Shown in pieces: positions 57,412-64,000 of a stretch of DNA of 64,000 nt (the stretch's first letter is position 1; each line of letters begins with the position of its first letter). The position numbers were made by a program, and so were the translations under genes. Below the pieces are notes generated by a model. That model was not told the DNA's origin, searched no databases, and saw only the letters and a program-made list of their open reading frames with translations. Source of the stretch: Oscillospiraceae bacterium (GTDB lineage Bacteria > Bacillota > Clostridia > Oscillospirales > JAVBNY01); NCBI GenBank assembly GCA_031551205.1, contig JAVBNY010000001.1, forward strand, positions 7,586 to 71,585, given 5' to 3'.

Positions 57412-58779
57412 ATGAAAAATATTCCTAACAGGATCTACCTTACCGAAGAACAGATGCCGAAAACCTGGTATAACCTCCGCGCGGACATGAAGGAGCAGCA
57501 TGATCCGATCCTCCATCCGGGTACGCATAAGCCAGTCACGATGGAGGATATGAAGGGCATATTCTGCGAAGAGCTGTCGGCCCAGGAGCTTGACTGCACG
57601 ACAAGGCACTTCGAGATCCCGGACGAGGTGCTGTCATTCTACAGAATGTTCCGCCCGTCGCCGCTCATCAGGGCATATAACCTTGAAAAAGAGTTGAAAA
57701 CTCCCGCGAAAATATACTACAAGTTTGAGGGTAACAACACCTCCGGCAGCCACAAGCTCAATTCCGCCGCCGCTCAGGTGTACTACGCTAAAAAGCAGGG
57801 GCTTACGTCTCTGACCACCGAGACGGGGGCGGGGCAGTGGGGCACCGCGCTCTCTATGGCCTGCGCCTTTTTCGGGATCGATCTGACGGTTTACATGGTC
57901 AAGGTATCGGCGGCGCAGAAGCCTTACCGCAAGGCCGTTATGGAGACTTACGGCGCGAAGGTCGTCCCCTCGCCGTCCAACACGACGAAGGTGGGCAGGG
58001 AAATCCTCGCGAAGTACCCCGAAACAGGAGGGAGCCTCGGCTGCGCCATAAGCGAGGCGGTTGAGGCTGCCGTAACGGCGGACAACTGCCGGTATGTGCT
58101 CGGCAGCGTACTCGATCAGGTGCTCCTTCATCAGTCGATTATCGGGCTTGAGTCGAAGCTCGCGTTTGAGATGATCGACGACTATCCGGACATCGTCATA
58201 GGCTGCGCCGGAGGAGGATCAAACCTCGGCGGGCTCATCGCCCCGTTTATGCAGGATAAGCTGCTGGGCAGGAATGACCCGCGCATTATCGCCGTTGAGC
58301 CCGCGTCCTGTCCTTCACTGACGCGCGGGCGCTATGCCTACGACTTCTGCGACACCGGGCACGTCACCCCGCTCGCAAAGATGTATACGCTGGGCAGCGA
58401 GTTTATGCCGGCGTCGAACCACGCGGGCGGACTGCGTTACCACGGCATGTCTCCGGTGCTTTCACAGCTCTATCACGACGGCTATATGGAGACCGTTTCC
58501 GTCGAACAGACAAAGGTTTTCAACGCGGCGGGGATGTTTGCCAGGGTTGAGACTATCCTACCCGCGCCTGAGTCGGCCCATGCGATCTCCATGGCTATCG
58601 ACGAGGCGGTTCGCTGCCGCGAGACGGGCGAGGCGAAGACGATACTCTTCGGCCTCACCGGTACGGGATACTTTGACATGACTGCCTACACGCAGTTTAT
58701 CGAAGGGAAGATGACGGACTATATACCCACGGACGAGGAGCTCCAGAAGGGGTTTGACCTTTTGCCCGACGTGCGGTAA
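57412..58779 (+). CDS. trpB: TrpB2-type tryptophan synthase beta-like PLP enzyme (standalone)
   Basis: 455 aa. FEGNNTSGSHKLNSA (PLP lysine), GCAGGGSNLGG. It has the N-terminal extension typical of TrpB2. No trpA or other trp genes occur in the window. Confidence 0.85.
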   Translation: MKNIPNRIYLTEEQMPKTWYNLRADMKEQHDPILHPGTHKPVTMEDMKGIFCEELSAQELDCTTRHFEIPDEVLSFYRMFRPSPLIRAYNLEKELKTPAKIYYKFEGNNTSGSHKLNSAAAQVYYAKKQGLTSLTTETGAGQWGTALSMACAFFGIDLTVYMVKVSAAQKPYRKAVMETYGAKVVPSPSNTTKVGREILAKYPETGGSLGCAISEAVEAAVTADNCRYVLGSVLDQVLLHQSIIGLESKLAFEMIDDYPDIVIGCAGGGSNLGGLIAPFMQDKLLGRNDPRIIAVEPASCPSLTRGRYAYDFCDTGHVTPLAKMYTLGSEFMPASNHAGGLRYHGMSPVLSQLYHDGYMETVSVEQTKVFNAAGMFARVETILPAPESAHAISMAIDEAVRCRETGEAKTILFGLTGTGYFDMTAYTQFIEGKMTDYIPTDEELQKGFDLLPDVR

Positions 58780-58794
58780 GGCTGCCGAGAAGAT

Positions 58795-58835
58795 AAAGAA
58801 GCTCCCGGTTAAGAGAACCGGGAGCTTCTTTTTGC
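58795..58835. terminator. Bidirectional terminator between trpB2 and the permease gene
   Basis: aaagaagctcccggtt-aagag-aaccgggagcttcttt forms a perfect 16-bp stem, flanked by A and T runs. Confidence 0.75.
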
Positions 58836-58849
58836 AGTCTGGGGAAAAA

Positions 58850-60049
58850 TCAGCTTCCGTGCAGCGCGACAATGGGATCAAGCCTTGCCGCGCGCACGGC
58901 AGGGACAACGCCGAATACGAGCCCGCAGAGAAGCGAGATGCCCTCGGCGTAGAGCAAAAAGCGCAGGTCAAGCGTGAGCGGCATGCCCGCCGCCCAGAAC
59001 ACACCTTCGGCCAGCGTTATCCCCGCCAGCGCGCCGAACATCCCGCCTGTAAGAGAAACTATCAGCGATTCAGCAAGAAAGCACAGGGCGATGTCCCTGC
59101 GCCTGGCGCCGAGCGCCATGCAAACGCCGATCTCGCGCCTTCGCTCGGAGGCGCTGGAGAGCATGGTATTCATTATTCCGATACCGGCCACTGCGAGCGA
59201 GATGGCCGCCACGGCGCTCACAATAAGCGCGACGATGCCGGCCAGCGAATTCAGCTCCGCGATGTGTCCCGCCATGTTCTCAAAATCGAACCCGTCCTTT
59301 GAGCTGTTATCACGGTTCAGCAGTGAGGTGATCTCGCCGCCGGTTTCGTTTTTATCGGCGGAGGCCAGGCATTTTACCGCGATCTGATCGATAGTTTCCT
59401 TTGAGCGCATCGTGTTGAGTTTTGTATACGGGATATAGATAAACTCAGGAAGCGCGCCTCCCATCAGCTTATCAATGCTTTTTTTCTGGGCGCTGATTAT
59501 GCCTATTATCCTGAAAGACTCGATGCTGCCGCCGTACATCACGTCAAGCTCCTTCCCCACGATGTTCGCACGCTTGTATACCTTAATGGCCAGAGCGTCG
59601 TCAATTACGGCCAGCCTTGACTGACTCTCAATATCCCGCCGAGTGGGGAAGCGTCCATAAAGCAGCCGGACGTCCAACACCTGGGGGAGACTGTCGTCAA
59701 TGCCCCACAGCACCGCTCCGCCCGATATGTTTTTTATTGAAATGGCCGCGTATTCAAGATTCAGCGGCATCGCTTTTTTAATAGATTTGACCCTGTTTTC
59801 AATCCTTTTCACGTCCTCGGGATAGATCGCCGGCGCTCCATCCTCTGTTCCGCTGGCGAACACAGTTATACCGTTGATGCCGAGGCCGTCGAGCTCGCCG
59901 GCAATGGCGGATTTGCCGCCCTCACCCAGGCTGGTGATAAGAATTACCGAAGCTACGCCGATGGATATCGCCGCAATTGTCAGGATTGTGCGCATACGCC
60001 CGCGGATCGCGCCGCGCATGGCTATCCATATGATGTCACCTATCTTCAT
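58850..60049 (-). CDS. MacB/FtsX-type ABC transporter permease
   Basis: MKIGDIIWIAMRGAIRGRMRTILTIAAISIGVASVI, a large extracytoplasmic loop, and a C-terminal FtsX block RRREIGVCMALGARRRDI. Trimmed to the ATG at 60049. Confidence 0.85.
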   Translation of the reverse strand: MKIGDIIWIAMRGAIRGRMRTILTIAAISIGVASVILITSLGEGGKSAIAGELDGLGINGITVFASGTEDGAPAIYPEDVKRIENRVKSIKKAMPLNLEYAAISIKNISGGAVLWGIDDSLPQVLDVRLLYGRFPTRRDIESQSRLAVIDDALAIKVYKRANIVGKELDVMYGGSIESFRIIGIISAQKKSIDKLMGGALPEFIYIPYTKLNTMRSKETIDQIAVKCLASADKNETGGEITSLLNRDNSSKDGFDFENMAGHIAELNSLAGIVALIVSAVAAISLAVAGIGIMNTMLSSASERRREIGVCMALGARRRDIALCFLAESLIVSLTGGMFGALAGITLAEGVFWAAGMPLTLDLRFLLYAEGISLLCGLVFGVVPAVRAARLDPIVALHGS

Positions 60050-61079
60050 CCGTGCCCTCCATGGCGACGCGCATGCCCTCCCTAATATTTTCTCCGGGAG
60101 AAAGCACGATGATATCGCCTTTTTTGAGTCCTGAAAGGACGGTCGTCTTGTCCTCAAGCTCGTATCCGGTTACGATGCGGCGTTTTTTTATCACCCCGCC
60201 GGACACGATATAGATCGCCTCGCGGTTATCGTCACCCTGTATTATCGCGGAGTAGGGGATCAGGCAGAGCTCGCGGCGGCCGGATGTGAACACGCAGACG
60301 TCCGCTGTAGCGCCCGGGAGCAGCCGGCCGCCTGTGGACAGCACGTCGCAGACGACGTCGACCACGGTTTCACTGGGGCCGGTGAGCGAGGTGATCTGCC
60401 GGGCCGTGGGCATAATGGCCGCAATTTTTCCGGGATAGACTGTCCCGTTTCCGGAAGCGGCCGAAGTTATATTGCATTTTTGACCAACCGCAAGCCGCGG
60501 GATCAGCTTCTCCGGGACGGGCAGGCGGATCTTCAGAGTTTTCATATCACTGACTGTCATAAAGGGGACGCCGGGGGAGACGGACTGCCCCTCCTGAAAG
60601 GGTGACGAGGTAACAATCCCGCCCAGCGGGCTGTAGAGCGTATCAAGCCTGGCCTCGGCGACGGCGGCGGCGTCCGGCGAAAGCTCTGCAGATGCGAGGA
60701 TGCCGCTTATGGCATTCGAGGCCTCCTCCGGCAGCTCCAGTGAGCCCAGCTCCTCAAGCGCTTGCCTCACCTCGGGATGGACGGCGGAAATCTGAGACTG
60801 CGGCGAGGGGATCGTTTCTATCTCGGCGAGCGCCTGCCCGGGAAGGACACTGTCTCCGATTCCGGCAAGCAGTTTTTTTATTGTGGAGAAGCCCTCGGAC
60901 GAGATCTGTACCTGCCCCGAGTCCTCCACCTTGCCTTTGAGTTGTACATTTTCGAACAGCCCGATGGTATCGACCCGCGAGACGGAAAGCTCCCGCCTCT
61001 GTGCGTGGCTGCGAGAGGAATTTTGAAAAAGAGAAAAACAGATAATCACTGCGGCAATTATTGTGAAAAGAGACCTCAA
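60036..61079 (-). CDS. Membrane-fusion (HlyD/MacA-like) periplasmic adaptor protein
   Basis: N-terminal TM segment, then lipoyl and beta-barrel-like segments (PGQALAEIE, VTSSPFQEGQSVSPGVPFMTVSD, VVDVVCDV). TTG start with a GAGGAGG RBS. It overlaps the permease start by 14 nt. Confidence 0.75.
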   Translation of the reverse strand: MRSLFTIIAAVIICFSLFQNSSRSHAQRRELSVSRVDTIGLFENVQLKGKVEDSGQVQISSEGFSTIKKLLAGIGDSVLPGQALAEIETIPSPQSQISAVHPEVRQALEELGSLELPEEASNAISGILASAELSPDAAAVAEARLDTLYSPLGGIVTSSPFQEGQSVSPGVPFMTVSDMKTLKIRLPVPEKLIPRLAVGQKCNITSAASGNGTVYPGKIAAIMPTARQITSLTGPSETVVDVVCDVLSTGGRLLPGATADVCVFTSGRRELCLIPYSAIIQGDDNREAIYIVSGGVIKKRRIVTGYELEDKTTVLSGLKKGDIIVLSPGENIREGMRVAMEGTDEDR

Positions 61080-61205
61080 TTTTGATTATCCTCCTCTAGT
61101 TAATTAATATGGTTGTATTTTTTGTTTATATATTGGTTGCTTAGAGGCAAAGCTATCATGACATCAAGCGTCCAAAAATAAAAAAATAAGGGTGCGTGCG
61201 GAAAG

Positions 61206-61382
61206 ATGAGCCTGATAACTTGCGTCTGGGACTGTGTGTATCAGACCGACGGCTATTGCAGCCTGAAGCGTGCGGCTACCTGCGGCCATGAAAGGGGCGG
61301 CTGTGTTCATTATGTCCCGGGGAAGGGAAAAATAAACAGCAAAAACGGAACGCTTTCGGGTAGAATAGACGGGGGAGATTGA
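61206..61382 (+). CDS. Candidate 58-aa Cys-rich small protein (below the ORF-track cutoff)
   Basis: My translation: MSLITCVWDCVYQTDGYCSLKRAATCGHERGGCVHYVPGKGKINSKNGTLSGRIDGGD. It has five Cys in the first 33 residues. The RBS is weak (ggaaag). Confidence 0.3.
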   Translation: MSLITCVWDCVYQTDGYCSLKRAATCGHERGGCVHYVPGKGKINSKNGTLSGRIDGGD

Positions 61383-61593
61383 ATGTACACGGATAAAAAC
61401 GGGGCAAATAAAGTGAAAAATCAAAAAAATTACTCGTTTTTTTGAATATTTACGGCTGAGTTAAGTCTTTCCAGTTTATTTTTATCACCCTTTGACAATA
61501 ATAGATAAACAGGCCAAATAATGCGGGAGTATTTTGGCTCCCGGCCTGACATGAAAGCTCCGCGCATTTGGCGGGACTGAAAGGGTGAAAAAA

Positions 61594-63945
61594 ATGAAAG
61601 CGGTTATAATGGCGGGCGGCATGGGCCAAAGGCTGAGGCCGGTGAGCTCGGGCCGTCCAAAACCCATGATCGGACTTTTCGACAGGCCGGTTATGGAACA
61701 CATTGTAGACCTGCTTAAGAAACACGGCATAACGGATATCCATATGACGCTCCAGTACATGCCCAGGCAGATAAAGGATTATTTCGGAGACGGGTCCCGT
61801 TTTGGCGTTTCGATCAAGTATTCTGAGGAGACAAAGCCTCTCGGCACAGCGGGCAGTGTCCGCCTCTGCGCGAAAGACCTCGGAGACGAGGACTTCATCG
61901 TACTCAGCGGCGACGCGGTATGCGACGCGGATCTCCGGTCGTGCATCGCCTTTCACCGGCAGCGCGCCTCAGACGCGACAATCGCCCTGTACAAGCACCC
62001 CAGTCCGCTTGAGTACGGATTGGTGATGACCGCCCAGGACGGAAGAATCGAGAGGTTCATTGAAAAGCCGTCGTGGAAGCAGGTGTTTACAAACACCGTC
62101 AACACGGGGATCTATATTCTGAGCCCCAAGGCCCTCAGTCTTATACCGCCGGACAGGCCGTTCGATTTCGCGCGGGATCTGTTCCCGCGTATGCTGAGCG
62201 ACAATATGCGCCTTTTTGGCTGCGTGGTAGAGGGATATTGGTGCGACGTCGGCGACTGCAAGGCGTATCTCACGAGCGCGATGGACGTGCTGTCGGGCAA
62301 AACCGGCATAAAGATCGGTGCACCGGCACTCTCAAAGGGCCTTTACAGCAAGAAAAGCTATCCCGGCGTCAGGATTACGCCGCCTGTATACATCGGCGAG
62401 GATGTACGCATTGAGGAAAACGCGAGGATAGGGCCGCGGGCGATAATCGGAAGGGGCAGCATAATCGGATCCGGCGCTATCATTGAGGACAGCATTATTG
62501 AATGCGCCAATATAGGGCGCAAGGCGCAGATTATCGGCGGCATCGTCTGTACAGGCGCGGTGATACAGAACGGCGCGTCGCTCGGCGAGGGGTGCGTCAT
62601 CGGTGCGAAAACCGTCGTCGGCGAGGGAGCGGTGCTGAACGAAAATGTACGCGTTTGGCCGGGCAAGGAGATCGAGCCCGGCGCGCATGTTCGGCATAAT
62701 ATTGTATCCGGCAGCTTCAGACGCGACGTCAGCTTTGAGGAAAACAGTGTGATTTCGGGCAGGTTCGGAGCCGACATGACGGCCTCACTCTGCCTTTCCT
62801 TAGGTGCGGCGCTGACAAATTCGGCGCGCACGCTTGGCATAGCGTCGAGCGGCGCGTGTGCCGGGCTGCTCGCCCGGTCGCTCGAGACGGGCTTTACGTC
62901 CGGCGGTGGGCAAAGCGTGATACTCGACGCGGGATTCGAGGCGCAGGCCGCCTTCGGTGCGCGGATGTACGGACTTGACATGACAGTTTTTTTGAGCTAT
63001 GATTCCGATTATGTGAGTATCAGGTTTTTCGACTCTCTCGGACTGCCGCTGGACCGTGAGGCGGAGAGGGCAATCGAGGCCGCGATAATAAGGGGCGACG
63101 AATTCTGCGTGCCCGAGGGGGACATGGCCGAGCCGAGGATGCTGGCCGGACTGCCCGAGGCGCATCTTGCCGTGGCAATGACCTTTGCCGGAGGAAAGGC
63201 CGGCGGCGTCGGCGTGCAGGGCACAGACGAAGCGGCGCGGACGCTTGAGCGCGCGCTCGGGGTGTTCGCCGTGCCGACAAAGGGAAACCGGGCGGCCTTC
63301 AGGGTGTCCGGCGACGGTTTTTCATTTTCCGCGGTTGACGAAAAGGGAGGCAGCATCCCGGAGCAGAGGATGCTCGCGATGCTGTGCATGCTGGAATTTG
63401 AAAGCGGGCGCGAAACGATCGCGCTGCCATATGACGCCCCGGCGACGATTGACAGGATAGCCTCGCGTTACGGCGCAAGGGTGCTTCGCCTTGAGCGCGA
63501 CAGGGATGCGCGAGCGCTTTACGCAAAGGATCTTCACCTGCGCGACGCTGTGATTGGTGCGGCATATATCTCGAACATCCTCGCAACGCGCGGATGCACG
63601 CTGTTTGAGCTCAACGCGCGCCTTCCGAGGTTCACGACCTACAGCATTGAGCTTGAGTTGAGCGGCGACAGGGGCGACGTTATGCGCGCGCTGTGCGATG
63701 AGGCTGGAGCGGGGCGGGAGCTGTTTGAAGGACTGCGGGTAAACGGCGGAGGCGGCTGGGTGCACGTTTTTCCGTGCATATCGAGGCGAGCGCTGAAAAT
63801 CGTGGGCGAGGGGGCGAACATGGAGGCCGCCGCCGAGCTCTGCCTTGATTATGAAAAGCGGGCGCGCCGTGTCGACTCCTCTTTATCTAAGCTTTCGAAT
63901 ATCGGAGAAAAAATAGGTATACAAAGCCGGGAAAATGTGCTATAA
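61594..63945 (+). CDS. Sugar-1-phosphate nucleotidyltransferase fused to a left-handed beta-helix and a degenerate phosphohexomutase (PGM/PMM)-like domain
   Basis: MKAVIMAGGMGQRLRPVSSGRPKPM (NTP_transferase). Hexapeptide repeats lie around IGRGSIIGSGAIIEDSII. The C-terminal half is collinear with the PGM/PMM fold but lacks its catalytic loops. Confidence 0.85.
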   Translation: MKAVIMAGGMGQRLRPVSSGRPKPMIGLFDRPVMEHIVDLLKKHGITDIHMTLQYMPRQIKDYFGDGSRFGVSIKYSEETKPLGTAGSVRLCAKDLGDEDFIVLSGDAVCDADLRSCIAFHRQRASDATIALYKHPSPLEYGLVMTAQDGRIERFIEKPSWKQVFTNTVNTGIYILSPKALSLIPPDRPFDFARDLFPRMLSDNMRLFGCVVEGYWCDVGDCKAYLTSAMDVLSGKTGIKIGAPALSKGLYSKKSYPGVRITPPVYIGEDVRIEENARIGPRAIIGRGSIIGSGAIIEDSIIECANIGRKAQIIGGIVCTGAVIQNGASLGEGCVIGAKTVVGEGAVLNENVRVWPGKEIEPGAHVRHNIVSGSFRRDVSFEENSVISGRFGADMTASLCLSLGAALTNSARTLGIASSGACAGLLARSLETGFTSGGGQSVILDAGFEAQAAFGARMYGLDMTVFLSYDSDYVSIRFFDSLGLPLDREAERAIEAAIIRGDEFCVPEGDMAEPRMLAGLPEAHLAVAMTFAGGKAGGVGVQGTDEAARTLERALGVFAVPTKGNRAAFRVSGDGFSFSAVDEKGGSIPEQRMLAMLCMLEFESGRETIALPYDAPATIDRIASRYGARVLRLERDRDARALYAKDLHLRDAVIGAAYISNILATRGCTLFELNARLPRFTTYSIELELSGDRGDVMRALCDEAGAGRELFEGLRVNGGGGWVHVFPCISRRALKIVGEGANMEAAAELCLDYEKRARRVDSSLSKLSNIGEKIGIQSRENVL

Positions 63946-64000
63946 TATTTTGATGAAAGAAAATGTGCGGCATTTTACCTTTGGGTTACCGCAAAACGAC

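Overview
GC-rich chromosomal segment from an endospore-forming Firmicute, probably Clostridia-like (spoIID, ytvI-like gene, alpha/beta SASP, an SLH surface protein and a T-box leader are all present). I call about 45 protein genes, one tRNA-Leu(CAA) and one tryptophan T-box leader. I saw no rRNA, CRISPR array, transposase, integrase or phage genes. All family names come from reading the translations, not from database searches. Housekeeping genes are citrate synthase, spoIID, Fe-ADH, DHFR, greA, lysS, rqcH, hom plus aspartate kinase, yebC, purA and purF. A 7-gene minus-strand string encodes arylpyruvate metabolism (paaK-iorA-iorB-paaK-ACT, then a YnbB-like PLP enzyme and a hydrolase). The accessory content is surface and secreted enzymes. 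An SLH protein with an internal ~313-aa duplication is followed by an O-antigen-ligase-family (Wzy_C-like) membrane protein. There is a 1316-aa GH30 enzyme, two paralogous type-B carboxylesterases flanking a YesN/YesM-type two-component system, and an SGNH esterase. The most notable observation is a ~170-aa C-terminal module ending FPSYSF[ST]F. It is shared by the GH30 enzyme and both carboxylesterases and matches none of the wall-anchor or dockerin motifs I looked for. Other findings: an orphan trpB2 behind a UGG-specifier T-box, a sensor with GGDAF and degenerate EAL motifs, and a nucleotidyltransferase fused to a PMM-like domain that lacks its catalytic loops. There is also a MacA/MacB-like pair without an ATPase gene, a structured yebC leader, and an AT-rich island with a 28-bp perfect palindrome. 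Many long antisense ORFs in the track are shadows of the GC-rich genes and were rejected.
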